A stretch of 63,112 nucleotides of DNA, counting the filler, from Chiloscyllium plagiosum (lineage: Eukaryota), in assembly GCF_004010195.1 (NCBI RefSeq). It is 5 parts of one record of this genome, joined end to end, with 100 filler letters (N's around TTAATTAATTAA, not from the genome) between each part and the next. Parts side by side here need not be neighbours in the genome. Positions count along the whole stretch, not along the records: positions 1 to 10,842 come from NC_057715.1; positions 10,943 to 29,941 come from NC_057715.1; 3 more parts are not named here. One strand, written 5' to 3'. Each line of letters starts with the position of its first letter. The first letter of the stretch is position 1. The position numbers and the translations under genes were made by a program. Below are positions 1 to 12,499 of this stretch, piece after piece. A model generated the notes under the pieces. That model was not told the DNA's origin. It ran no database searches and was given only the letters and a program-made list of their open reading frames with translations.

Positions 1-1023
1 GTGGTTGATGGGAAATGTTCATCCTGGAGTTCAGTTACTAGTGGTGTACCGCAAGGATGGTTTTGGGTCCACTGTTGTTTGTCATTTGTATAAATGACCT
101 GGATGAAGGCATAGAAGGATGGGTTAGTAAATGTGCGGATGACACTAAGCTCGGCAGAGTTGTGGATCATGCTGAAGGATGTTGTAGGTTACAGAGAGAC
201 AAAGCTGCAGAGCTGGGCTGAGAGGTGGCAAATGGAGTTTAATGTGGACAAGTGTGAGGTGATTCACTTTGGTCAGAGTAACCGGAATGCAAAGTACTGG
301 GCTATTGGTAAGATTCTTGGTAGTGTAGATGAGCAGAGAGATCTTGGTGTCCAGGTACACAGATCCTTGAAAGTTGCCACCCAGGTTGACAGGGTTGTTA
401 AGAAGGCATACAGTGTTTTAGCTTTTATTAATAGAGGGATCGAGTTCCGGAACCATGAGGTTATGCTACAGCTGTACAAAACTCTTAACAAAACGCTGGT
501 GCGGCCGCACTTGGAGTATTGTGTACAGGTCTAGTCACCGCATTATAAGAAGGATGTAGAAGCTTTGGAAAAGGTGCAGAGGAGATTTACTAGGATGTTG
601 CCTGGTATGGAGGGAAGGTCTTAACGAGGATAGGCTGAAGGACTTGAGGCTATTTTCGTTAGAAGAAGGTTGAGAGGTGACTTAAAAGAGATATAAGATA
701 ATCAGAGGGTCTGATAAGGTGGACAGAGAGATCTATTTTCCAAGTATGGTGACGGCGAGCACAAGGGGGCATAGCTTTAAATTGAGGGGAGATAGATATA
801 GGACAGATGTCAGAGGTAGTTTCTTTACTCAGAGTAGTAAGGGTATGGAATGCTTTGCCTGCAACAGTAGTAGATTTGCCAACTTTAAGTACATTTAAGT
901 CGTCATTGGACAAGCATATCGACGTACATGGAATAGTATAGGTTAGATGGGCTTCAGATTGGTATGACAGGTCAGCGCAACATCAGGAGCCGAAGGGCCT
1001 GTACTGCACTGTTATGTTCTATG
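1..1023 (+). mobile_element. CR1-clade LINE, RT C-terminus and 3' end (defective)
   Basis: WQMEFNVDKCEVIHFG, RDLGVQV and LVRPHLEYCVQ motifs with stops and frameshifts; short-repeat tail near 1010-1023. Confidence 0.9.
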
Positions 1024-1175
1024 AGCAAGGTTTCCCCTTCCTTCCACAGTTCTCTGTCTACTTTAAGCTGTTACACAGCTCCCATGAATATTAAGATCAA
1101 TGTGCAAATGGAAAAGTGAAAATGAAAAAGGTAACCAGCTTTTTTTATTCTTTATTTTTCTACAGTATGTTCGGG

Positions 1176-2690
1176 AATTTAAAATAGTGGGAATGGTGGT
1201 TAGGGCATTTGAATGTACCTTCTCTGCAGAATGTGGGAAGTAAGGGTCACCACTAGTGTCCCTGCTGACTACATCTGTGAGAAGGGCACCCAACTCCAGC
1301 TCCTCAAACCCCATTAGGGAACTTGAGCTGGAGCAGGATGAACTACGGATCATTCAGGAGACGGGGCAGGTTAATAAGGGGAGTTACAGTCAAACCTGAG
1401 GTGCAAGAAAAAAGCAAATGGGTTACAGTCAGGGGACAGAAAGGGAACCGGCAGGCAGTGGCCGTTCCCCTCAATAACAAATATAAATTTTGGATATTGT
1501 TGGGGGGGAAACGACTTAACAATCTGTCCCTGTTGCTCAGAAGGGAAGGGGAAGATGAGCAGAATGTTAGTCGTTAGGAACTCAATAGTTAGGGGGACAG
1601 ATCGGCAGTTCCGTGCGAACGAGAGAGACTCGCGGTTGGTGTGTTGCCTCTGTAGGTGCCAGGGTTCATGTTGCCTCAGATCGTGTTTTCAGGATCTTGA
1701 TGAAGGGCTCTTGCCTGAAACATCTATTCTCCTACTCCTCGGATGCTGCCTGACCTGCTGTGCTTTTCCAGCATTCCACTCTTGATTAAGTATGTACCTG
1801 TCAGGCAGGGAGGATGTGGTTGAACGAGGAAGCCGTGGTTTACTGAAGAAGTTGAATCTCTTGGCAAGAGGAAGAGGAAGAGGAAGGCTTATGTTAGGAT
1901 GAGACGTGAAGGCTCAGTTAGTGCACTCGAGAGTTACAAGTTAGCCAGGAAAGACCTAAGATGAGCCAGGAGGGGACATGAAAAGTCATTGACAGATAGG
2001 AAAGCCCTAAATCTTTCTATAGGTATATCAGGAATAAAAGAACGACTAGAGAAAGATTAGGGCCAATCAAGGACAATAGTGGGAAATTGTGTGTGGAGTC
2101 CAAGGAGGTAGGGGAAGCGCAAAATGAATATTTTTCATCAGTATTCACACTGGAAAAAGACAATGTGTTTGACGAGAATACTGAGATCCAGGCTACTAGA
2201 CGAGACAGGATTGAGGTTCCCAAGGAGGATGTGTTATATATTCTGGAAAGTTGAAAATAGATAAATCCCCTCGCCCAGATAGCTGGTATGGAGGGAAGCT
2301 CTTATGAGGAAAGGTTAAGGAAGTTGATGCTGTTTTCGTTAGAGGAAAGGTTGAGAAATGGCTTAATTGAGATATATAAGATAATCAGAGGATTAGATAG
2401 GGTGGATAGTGAGAGCCTTTTTCCTCAGATGGTAATGACTAGCACAAGGGGACATCATTTTAAATTGAGGGATGATAGATATAGGACAAATGCCAAAGGT
2501 AGTTTCTTTACTCCGAGTAGTAGGGGCGTGGAGTGCACTGTCTGCAACAGTAATAGACTTGCCAGCTTCAATGGCATTTACATGGTCATTGGATAAACAT
2601 GGATGAAAATGGAGTAGTATAGTATAGATGGGTTTCAGATTGGTTCCACAGGCCTGTACTGTGCTGTAATGTTCTATACTCTATATTTTA
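1176..2690 (+). mobile_element. Decayed CR1 LINE pieces (ORF1 relic, ORF2 fragments, 3' end), interrupted by a PLE tail at ~1696-1783
   Basis: 1176-1695 resembles the ORF1 at 9923-10834. 2281-2690 encodes SYEERLRKL...RGHHFKL and resembles the 3' end at 600-1023. Confidence 0.8.
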
Positions 2691-2699
2691 GGACACCAA

Positions 2700-3246
2700 C
2701 TTGTGGAACTTTTCAGAGAACGTCTCTGGGACAAGCACTAAACAACCCCACTGCCCGTGGCCGAACACTTCATCTCCCCCCTCCCACTCTGTCAAGGACA
2801 TGTAAGTCCTTGGGCCAAGCCCACCCGCAAATTCTAGCCACCCGACACCTGGAGGAAGAATACCTTATCTTCCACCTTAGGACCCTCCAACCACATGGGA
2901 TCAATGTTGATTTCGCCTGTTTCCTCATTTCCCCCTCCCCCACCTTATCATAGATCCAACCCTCTAACTCAGCACCGCCCTCTTGAACTGTCCTACCTGT
3001 CTATTTTCTTCCCACTTTTCTGCTCTGATCTATCACCATCCACCCCCCCACCTTCATCTACCTATCACATTCCCAGCTACCTTCCTCCCAACCCCACCTC
3101 CCTCCAATTTATCTCTCAGCCCCCTTCGGCCTCCCTACATTCCTGATGAAGAGCTCCTGCTCCTTTGATGCTGTCTGATCGGCTGTGCTTTTACAGCACC
3201 ACATTTTTTGACTCTGATCTCCAGCATCTGCAATCCTGACTTTCTC
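2700..3246 (+). mobile_element. Penelope-like element 3' part (GIY-YIG C-terminus plus terminal repeat; ribozyme stem II deleted)
   Basis: LEEEYLIFHLRTLQPHGINVDF, then the ...ctccagcatctgca...actttctc tail shared with other PLE copies. Confidence 0.8.
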
Positions 3247-3366
3247 ACAATTGCTGACGTAGCCAGTAACACCTACATCCTGTGAAAGTATTAAATGTTA
3301 CTGTGTACATGCTTTATCATCCATTTTCTCTCTCTTGGACATGGACATTTCTTCTGTTTTTCAAGC

Positions 3367-3977
3367 CAGCGATAGAGGTGGCACAGTGGTTAGCATTGCT
3401 GCCTCATAGTGCCAGGCACCTGCATTCAATTCCAGCCTTGGATGACTTCGTGTGGAGTTTGCACATTCACCCCTTTGGTTTCCACAGGCTGAGCTGGTTT
3501 TTTTTTAACGATTGGATTAGATTACTTAGTGTGGAAACAGGCCCTTTGGCCCAACAAGTCTACACCGACCCATCACCGACCCAGACCCATTCCCATTCCC
3601 CTTCATTTACCCCTTCACCTAACACTGCGGGGAATTTAGCATGGCCAATTCACCTAACCTGCACATTTTTGGACTGTGGGAGGAAACCGGAGTACCTGGA
3701 GGAAACCCATGCAGACACTGGGAGAATGTGCAAACTCCACACAGACAGTTGCCCGAGGTGGGAATTGAACCCGGGTCTCTGGCACTAAGAGGCAGCAGTG
3801 CTAACCACTGTGCTGTTTCTTCTTGCAGTCCAAAGATGTGCAGGTTAGCTGTGGTAAAAACCCCAACATGGCATTACAGGGATGAGTGGTAGGAATGAGT
3901 GGAATATGCTTTGGAGGCTCAGTGCAGACTCAATGGACCAAATGGCCTCTTTTTGCATTGTAGAGATTCTATGATTC
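3367..3977 (+). mobile_element. Older HE1-type V-SINE split by a younger antisense SINE
   Basis: tRNA-like head gtggcacagtggttagca...ttcaattcc at ~3378-3433; body resumes at ~3814 (cagtccaaagatgtgcagg) and ends ...gattctatgattc. Confidence 0.75.
3511..3813 (-). mobile_element. HE1-type V-SINE
   Basis: Reverse complement of the SINE at 38511-38826, including the (AATCT)n tail. Confidence 0.88.
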
Positions 3978-4519
3978 AAATATTAGCATTTCTACCCTTA
4001 TGTGCTGACCCACTATAAGAGCTCTGTTGCCTCCACGCAAAAACTTTCCTTTTCAAGACATGTTACTTACAACTGAAATCATCCGTATGTGTGTAAAAAA
4101 AAAAGTCCAGAGGTTGCATATTTCTTTAAGTATCAGAAGCAAAAGAACAAAATAGTAATAGAATCTCTAATTATCTAAAATATGAAATTGTAAAGTATTT
4201 TATAAGGCATTTTTCTCTGGTATTAAATGTAATGTAGTTAATTTTAGCATCAAACTGAAGTTAAAAATGTAGATGCTGAACAACATTGTAGTATTTAGTT
4301 ATGTTTTTATAATGAACAAGTATATTTTAATTTGAAACTTTTACGGTGTTTCCATCATGTTACCAGCATATGCTGTTTAATTTTCAACATTCTTTCACAC
4401 TTTAGCCTTCGAGCAGTAAAATATCAGACTTTGTTCTGTTACAGCACTCTTGATTTTAATGGATATATTTTCATGCCCCACATACAAAATTTAGTCACAC
4501 AATCTTGACTTAATTCTCT

Positions 4520-4622
4520 GTTGTTGGAGGTGGTCCACCTGATGAAAGAGCAGCGCTCCTAAAGGCAGTGCTTCCAATTAAACCTGTTGGACTATAACCT
4601 GGTGTTGTGTGATTTTTAACAT
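4520..4622 (+). mobile_element. PLE family B terminal fragment with broken hammerhead (GAAA changed to TAAA)
   Basis: Matches 6294-6389. Confidence 0.75.
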
Positions 4623-6245
4623 TAAACCAAGGCATTGTTTGCCCCCTTGGGGCAAACATTTCCTTACACTGTTCAGAGAGGAGTTCTAAAACTACCATGT
4701 TTCCTTAAAGTAACTCTTGAATTTATTTAGAGCCATTCACAGCCTAAGAACATCCCAGTGTTCCTTATAGTCAACTATATATTTTTTGAAATAGGTCTAA
4801 TGCAAGAAACTATTAATTTGCATACAGCAAAGTTTTTCAACAACAACATATTGAGTTTTTTGAATGATGTTAGTTGAGGGATAATTATTGGCTAGAACAA
4901 CAGTGGCAATACTTCAGAAGCAAGGAAGGCATTTGTGAACCAATAAACTTCAACTGGCTCAAACTGCATCCAATCATGAACTTTTACACCAGCTGATTTG
5001 CTGCTACACGATGTTAAGGTTCTTGAAGCACAGCATTTATGTAGCACCAGAAGTCCCCTTTTGGACATCCCTTTCTCAAATAAGAATAGCAAGTTGGATT
5101 TTGCAGGGTGAAAGGCCTCTCAGGGAAAGCAGCAACAGCCATGTTTGAGATACGATGGTTGGCTCTGCTGCACAATAGGGGAAGAAAAAGACTGGTGGGG
5201 GACTTCTTTCTCAGCAAAGCAGACTCTCAAATGGTATGTTGCCTTCCTGATGCCAGAGTCAGGGATGTCTCCGTGTGGGGTGTTGAATAGCTGGCAGTCA
5301 TGGTACATGTTGGTACCAAAGACATGGGTTAAAAAAATGAAATACACCCTGCATTGGAATTTAGATAGTTAGGTCAAAGATTAAAGAGGAAACATACTAA
5401 GGTTGCAATCTCTGGATTACTTCCAGTGTCATGTGCATCTAACTATAGGAATAGCAAGATAAGTCAGCTTGGCTAAAACAATGGAATAGGAAGAAAGGTT
5501 TAAGATTTTTGGAGATTATTGGAGTTGCTCCTGCGTTAGATGGGACCTAAATATAGAAACATAGAACTGTATAGCACAGGAATGGGCTTTTCAGTCCACG
5601 ATGTTGTGCCAAACATAACACCAAATGAACCTGACCCCTTCTGCCTGCCCTTATCTGTCCATTCTTTGTATATTTATATATTTAATTAAAAGTCTCTTAC
5701 GTGCTCCTATCATATCTGCCTCGACCACCACACCTGACAACATATTCCACATTCTGTCACTCTGTTTAAAAGAGAGCTTGCTCTTCACATCTCCTTTGAA
5801 CTTACCCCTCTCACTTTAAGGCATGCCCCCTAGTTTTAAACATTTCAACTCTGGGAAAAAGATTCTGACTAACAAGCCTATCTATGCATCTCAATTTTAT
5901 AGACTTCTATCAAGTCTCCCTTCTGCCTCTACTGTTTCAGAGAAAACATCCTGAGTTTTTCTAGCCTCTCCTTATAGTTCAGACTGTCTAATCCAGACAG
6001 CATCCTGGTAAATCTCTTCGCACCCTCTCCAAAATCTCCACGTCCTTCCTATAATGTGGTGATCAGAGTTGAACAAGTGTGGCCTAACCAAAATCTTATA
6101 AAGCTGCAACATGACATGATAACTGTTGTGCTCCATGCCCTAACCAATAAAGTCATGATTCGGAGATGCCAGTGTTGGACTGGGGTGTACAAAGTTAAAA
6201 ATCACACAACACCAGGTTATAGTCCAACAGGTTTAATTGGAAGCA

Positions 6246-6280
6246 CACTAGCTTTCGGAGCGACGCTCCTTCATCAGGTG
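6246..6280 (-). ncRNA. Minimal hammerhead ribozyme motif, family B
   Basis: Reverse complement reads CAC-CUGAUGA-A-GGAGC(GUC)GCUCC-GAA[AGCU]A/GUG. Confidence 0.7.
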
Positions 6281-6298
6281 ATTGTCAATCACCACAAT

Positions 6299-6333
6299 CA
6301 CCTGATGAAGGAGCGTTGCTCCGAAAGCTAGTG
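6299..6333 (+). ncRNA. Minimal hammerhead ribozyme motif, family B
   Basis: CAC-CUGAUGA-A-GGAGC(GUU)GCUCC-GAA[AGCU]A/GUG; stem I CAC/GUG. Confidence 0.7.
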
Positions 6334-7452
6334 TGCTTCCAGTTAAACCTGTTGGACTATAACCTGGTGTTGTGTGATTTTTAACTTTGCTAATCAATAA
6401 AGGCAAGCATGCCATATGCCTTCTTTACCACCTGATCAACATGCATGACCACTTTCATGGAGCAATGGACTTGAACACCAAGATCCCCCTGAACATTAAT
6501 ACTGTTCAGGGTCCTGTAATTAACCAAATACTTTTCCTTAAAAGTTGATCTCCCAAAGTGCAGCACCTCAAACTTACACAGATTAAACTGCATCTGCCAT
6601 TTCTTCGCCCAATCAACATCCTTTGACAACCTTCTATACTATCCACAACTCCACTGGTATTTGTATCAACTACAAACTTACTAATCAACTCATTCAAGTT
6701 ATTTACACATGTCACAAACAGCAGAGGTCCCAGTACACATCCTTGCAGAACACCACTCTTCACAGACCTCCAGCCTGAAAAACAACCTTCCACCACGACC
6801 ACTGTCTACCTTCTCTGGCCAGCAATTGAATCTACGCAGCCAGTTCACCGTGGATCCCATGCATCTTAATCTTCTGGACCTTTACTAAAATGTATATAGA
6901 TGACATCCACTGCTCTACCCTCATTGATCATCCTGCACTACCTGCCTTCCTTTCCTGGCGGTCACTCATCTACCTGACTGAACCTGTGATGCGACCACCT
7001 ACCTGTACAGAGTGTGTCACACTCTCTTCCTCTTGTATGCTCCTCAGTGTGTCCAGTTACCACTCCATCTGAACAACACAGACTGCGAGGAGCTGTAGCC
7101 AGTCATACTTCCTGCAGACATAGTCATCAGGGACACCAGACTGTTCACTGATCTCCCACATATGGCAGGTGCAGTTTAACTACCATCTCTGCCCCTTTAC
7201 TCTCAAAGATAAAAGCTTCTTACCTTGCTCATCTCTCACTGAATTCTAGTATTCACCTAAGCCCACATTTCTAACAACCAGCAGCAAGAACTGGTTACTT
7301 AAATTACAATGCAATCTTTACAAACAGACCTCTAGGTCTGTCACAACAAACTCCCTAATGGCCTGTCTCAATTTCTCTTTTTTTGGTTAGAGGAAGAGGG
7401 AAAGATGGAAGCACTATAGCAATGTTTGGGGCTTATTGTTCGTTAACACTGA

Positions 7453-7680
7453 GTTCTTACTCACTCTGCTGATCAGTTACGGTGACTGAGCCAACTTCTA
7501 GAATGCTCCTCAGCAAAATCTCTTTGCACTCCTTGATTGGATACTCTTCCTCCTGTTTATCAGTGCGGGATGGAAGTGTTCTTCCTCACTCCGCTGATCA
7601 GTTGTGATGACTGAACCAACTTCTCCCAGAATGCTCCTCAGCGAAGTCTGTCTGCAGTCCTCAAGTGGATGGATTCCACC
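7453..7680. repeat. Diverged direct repeat, two copies, ~125-bp period
   Basis: gttctt(a/c)ctcactc(t/c)gctgatcagtt...gaatgctcctcagc at 7453 and 7578. Confidence 0.7.
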
Positions 7681-9680
7681 TAAACTGGAATGGGTCCTTG
7701 CTGGGGGATATGATCATATTGTGTGGAGACTTTAAATTAATTTGACAGGGAATTGGGACACAGAGTAAACGTATAGTCGGAGGCAAGGTGCAATCAGATA
7801 TAGAAGAAATGCTAGGGCAGTCTACTAGGCAGAGAAAACATGGACAGGATAAGGGAGGACCAGAAAGTAAACTGCCTTAAAGCAGCTGAAAATGAGATAG
7901 CACTAGACCTAATTCTAGGGAATGAAGCTAATCAAGTGGTTGAGCATTTTGGGGATAGTGACCATAATTCTAGGAGTTTCAAAATCCTTATGGAAAGAGA
8001 TAAGGACAGTGTAGAAGTTAAGTATGTTAATTGGGGAAGGTCTTACGAGGAAAGGCTGAGGGACTTGAGGCTATTTTCGTTAGACAGGATCTGGTAAGCA
8101 TAGATTGGGAAGCAGATACCTGCATGTAAGTCTATATTTGGAAAATGGGAATCTTTTAAAAGTATAGCAGTATAATGAGAAGTCAAGGCCAATGTGTTAC
8201 TCTGAGAATGAAGGGTAAGGACAGCAAATCCAGGGAATTCAGAATGCCATGGAATATTGACAGTTGATTTAAAAAAAAGAAGCATACGTCATGCACAACA
8301 TACTAAAAAACAGGGGACTCTCCTCAAAAGTATAGAGTGTTGTTTAAAAATGTAATAGGGTGACAAAAAGAGATCATGAAATATCTTTGGCAGATGGGAT
8401 CAAGGAAAACCCCAAGGATTTGCATAAGTGTATTGAAAGTAAGAGAATTATCTGGAGGAGAAAGAGTGGAACCTATTCAAGACTGAAGGGGCAACATCTT
8501 GGTGAGGCCAGTGGACGTATGTGAAATCCTAATTGAATAATTCTCATCTGTATTCAACAGTGGAGAAAGACATAGTAGCCAGGGATTTCATTTGGGATTG
8601 TGAGTTTCTAGAACATGATTAGATTAATAAAGAGGAGGCATCAGGTCGTAGGGGTGCATAATTCCCCTGGACCTGATGAGCTGTATTTCAGGCAGCTATG
8701 GGAGGCAATGGAGGAGATTTCCAGGGCCATGGTGTGTAAATGTAATACTTCATTGGCCACTAGTGTAGTGCTAGATGCCTGCAGGGTAGCTAATGTGGAA
8801 AGCTATGTTCAACAAGAACAGCAAGGATAGGCCAGGTAAATACAGACCAGTTAGTTTGATGCCAATGGTAGGGAAATTATCGAAAAAAATCCTGAGGCAT
8901 AGGATTAATCAATACTTGGAAAGATGGGGATTGATCCGGAATAGTCAGCACAGATTTGTTAGAGAGAGATCTGGTCTGACTAGTTTGCATTTTTTGATGA
9001 GAATAGTGCAATTGATGTGGTTTATCTCGACTTCAGTAAGGCTCATGGAAGGCTGATCGAAAAGGTCATAAATGCAATCTAGGGCAAGTTGGCAAACTGG
9101 ATCCAAAATCAATTTGCAAATAGGAGGCAAAGGGGTGAAGTAGAGGGATGTTTTTATCATTGGAAGCCTGTGACCAGCAGTGTACCATCAGGCTTGATGC
9201 TGGGTGTGAATGCAGAAGGTATAATTAGTAAGTTTTCAGATGACATAAATATTAATGTTGTTGATTGTAAGGAGGATAGTCTCAGTTTACAGTCAGATAT
9301 TGATCAGCTGCTAGATTGAGCAGAGCAATAGCAAATGGAATTTATTCCTGTTAACATTGAAAGGCATGGACGAGAGTAGATTCTAAGGATCTTTTCCCCA
9401 TGGCAGATGTGTCTAATACCAGAGGGCGTAAGTTTACGGTGAGGAGTAAGCGGTATAGTGGGGATCTGAAGGAACAATTTTCACCCAGACAGTGGTAGAA
9501 ATATGGAACGTGCTGCTTGAGACAATGGGGGAGGCAGGTACTCTTGCAACACTTAAAATGCCAAGAAATTACACATTATGACCCAAACGCAGATAGATGG
9601 GATTAGTGTAATTGATGTTTATTGGTCAGCATAGGCATGGTAGGCTGACAGGCCTGTTTCAGCGCTGTATGAGTGTATGA
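7680..9680 (+). mobile_element. Heavily decayed CR1 LINE ORF2
   Basis: LDLILGNE...HFGDSDHN (endonuclease end), PGKYRPVSL, WIQNQFANRRQR. Confidence 0.8.
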
Positions 9681-9922
9681 CCACAGAAAGGTTTGGATGT
9701 TAATTTGTATGTAACTTAAATGTATTGCAGAATGCAGTTAAAGGATAATAAGAAAATTTGTAATAATGCCCTTGAATAAAATGTGAGCTAGCTGTGTTGC
9801 CTTAGTTTCCATAATTCATGAATTCACAGACTTTCTAATTATACCAATTGTTCAATTTTAGCTAAAAGTTATGATTACTGGTACAAAATACCCATGACAA
9901 TATTGTAACTAAGTGTAGAGTA

Positions 9923-10842
9923 ATGGCAGCGCAGGCAGTGGAATGTTCCTCCTGCAAGATGTTTGAGGTAGGGGTGACCACCGATGCTCCTGCCGACTTC
10001 ATCTGCAGGAAATGCAGTCAGCTCCAGCTCCTCACAGACCACGTTAGGGAACTGGAGCTGGATGAACTGAGGATTATTCGAGAGGGTGATAGATAGAACA
10101 GGGACATAGTTACGCCAGAGAACAGAGGTAGCTGGGTAACAGTTAGAGGTGGGAAGGGGAGGAAGCAGGCAGTGCAGGGACCCCCTGTGGTCGTTCCCCT
10201 CAACAATAAGTATACCGCTTTGGATACTGTTGGGGGGTACGGCTTAGCAGGGGTAAGCTGCAGTGACCGGGTCTCTGGCACGAGGTCTGGCTCTGAGGCT
10301 CAGAAGGGAAAGGGGAAGAGGAGGAGATCGCTAGTTATAGGAGACTCTCTAGTTAGAGGGACGGACAGGCGGTTCTGTGGACATGGGCGAGACTCTCGGA
10401 TGGTTTGTTGCCTCCCAGGTGCCAGGGTCCGAGATGACTCGGACCGTGTCTTCAGAATCCTTAAGGGGAAGGGTGTGCAGCCAGAAGTCGTAGTGCACGT
10501 TGGCATCAATAACATAGGTAGGAAGAGGGGTGGGGAGGTCATTCAGGAGCTCAGGGAGTTAGGCTGGAAGCTAAAAGCTAGGACAGACAGAGTCATCATC
10601 TCTGGGTTGTTGCCGGTGCCACGTGACAGTGAGGCAAGGAATAGGGAGAGAGTGCAGTTGAACACGTGGCTGCAAGGATGGTGTAGGAGGGAGGGCTTCA
10701 GGTATCTGGACAATTGGACTGCATTCTGGGGAAGGTGGGACCTGTACAAGCAGGACGGGTTGCACCAGCACCAGAAGGGCACCAATATCCTGGGAGGTAG
10801 GTTTGCTAGCACTCTTCGGGGGGGTTTAAACTAATTTGGCAG
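9923..10842 (+). mobile_element. CR1 LINE 5' region: ORF1 with zinc finger, leucine-rich segment and SGNH/GDSL esterase (one in-frame TAG at 10094-10096)
   Basis: From ATG 9923: MAAQAVECSSC...FICRKC...LQLL...ELELDEL. The same frame at 10172-10834 has IGDSLVRG, LPGAR, HVGINN and DGLH. Runs into the gap. Confidence 0.9.
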
Positions 10843-10942
10843 NNNNNNNNNNNNNNNNNNNNNNNNNNNNNNNNNNNNNNNNNNNNTTAATTAATTAANN
10901 NNNNNNNNNNNNNNNNNNNNNNNNNNNNNNNNNNNNNNNNNN
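10843..10942. other. Assembly gap with artificial linker
   Basis: 44 N + TTAATTAATTAA + 44 N. Confidence 0.97.
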
Positions 10943-11413
10943 CGGTTGCAGGGGAAGGTGCCGGGAGTGGAGGTTGGGTTGGTGGGGGGTGTGGACCTGA
11001 CGAGGGAGTCACGGAGGGAGTGGTCTTTTCGGAACGCTGATAGGGGAGGGGAGGGAAATATATCCTTGGTGGTGGGGTCCGATGGAAGGTGGCAGAAATG
11101 ATGGCGGATGATACTCAGCACCGCCTTCCTAACCTGCAATCTTCTTCCTGACCTCTCCTCCGCCACCCCCACTCCGGCCTATCACCCTCACCTTGACCTC
11201 CTTCCACCTATCGCATTTCCGAGCCCCTCCCCCCCAGTCCCTCCTCCCTACCTTTTATCTTAGCCTGCTGGACACACTTTCCTCATTCCTGAAGAAGAGC
11301 TTATGCCCGAAACGTCGATTCTCCTGTTCCTTGGATGCTGCCTGACCTGCTGCGCTTTTCCAACAACACATTTTCAGCTCTGATCTCCAGCATCTGCAGT
11401 CCTCACTTTCTCC
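10943..11413. mobile_element. PLE family A: minus-strand ORF fragment (10943-~11112) joined to an inverted terminal repeat (~11113-11413)
   Basis: IIRHHFCHLPSDPTTKDIFPSPPLSAFRKDHSLRDSLV...GTFPC on minus; terminal repeat on plus with hammerhead core at 11289-11316. Confidence 0.85.
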
Positions 11414-12164
11414 TTCTCGTATTCAATGTCTAGTAATTCTTAACCCTGCCTTCGAGTTATCATCAACATGCATAGAAATGGTCAATTAAAGCAGTTACTT
11501 CTCTCTTGACACCACACTGGAAGGATGCAAAGGCTGAGTTAGCATTTCACTTCTTCCCCACTCCTCTCAATTTGCTCATTTATGATTTACAAATATAAAC
11601 ATTAAAATATTTGTTTGCAATTCTGAGAAAGATGAGAGTTAAGACTTGTGCTCAAATTCCTAGAGAATTTTTCTCTCTTCTTGCTGTCATTCATTTCTTC
11701 CTTCTGTCCTTTTCAGCAATGTCTCTAAGAGTTAATATGACATTAAAATGGATATATTTATGAGGATTCACTCATTAAACTGAAAATCTAGAACTGCTGA
11801 AATTCACATCATTGCACTGTTAGCATTTCATGTTTGAGTTGGAGATAATTCTGGAGAATGCGTCTCTTTACAGATGCTATTGTTTCATAAGATTAAGCAG
11901 GTTGTGTTTATGGATATTGTCTACACGTATATAGAGGCCCCAAAGTAACTGAATGAAAAAGGCTTCAAAAGGCAAATATTACCATTTCTGTGGCTTCAGT
12001 TTTATGTTTTGCATTAGAAATTCAGGTACATAGTTCAACACCTCTGTTTTGTAAATGCATGAATTTTTGGTTCTAGTTGAAATCCATATTGATATTAAAG
12101 GGGCTGTCTGGAAAGCACTTGAAAATGTTGAACTACTTGGACCTTGTCTGGATTAAGAAGAGTT

Positions 12165-12416
12165 TAGATTAGATTACGTGCAGTGTGGAAACAGGCCCTT
12201 CGGTCCAACAAGTCCACACCAACTCGCAACCCACCCATACATTTACCCCTTCACCTAACACTACGGGTAAATTAGCATGGCCAATTCACCTGACCTGCAC
12301 ATCTTTGTGACTGTGGGAGGAAACCCACGCAGACACGGGGAGAATGTCACCTGAGGTGGGAATTGAACCTGGATCTCTGGCGCTGTGAGGCAGCAGTGCT
12401 AACCACTGTGCCGCCC
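12165..12416 (-). mobile_element. HE1-type V-SINE with internal deletions
   Basis: Reverse complement of the head, body and tail of 12771-13090. Confidence 0.88.
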
Positions 12417-12499
12417 ATAAAGTTTGCTTTGTTATTTCTTCAGAAATAAACTCAACAGTTTTATGTGTGCTGTGGTTTATCTGTTCTTTATTGGAAATC

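Larger units (their letters stand above)
6156..6389. mobile_element. Fold-back PLE family B insertion (two inverted ~96-bp arms, each with a hammerhead motif)
   Basis: Arms 6190-6285 and 6294-6389 with an 8-nt spacer. Flanked by a 16-bp direct repeat with 2 mismatches (6140-6155 and 6390-6405). Confidence 0.85.
5552..6945 (-). mobile_element. CR1 LINE RT and 3' end, interrupted by a PLE palindrome
   Basis: SGVLQGCVLGPLLF, WQMQFNLCKFEVLHFG, VVKKAYGMLAFI. Confidence 0.88.

Noticed and set aside
10887..10898. Palindromic TTAATTAATTAA repeated four times in the window
   Set aside because: Always centred in a 100-bp N gap, so it is an artificial linker rather than biology.
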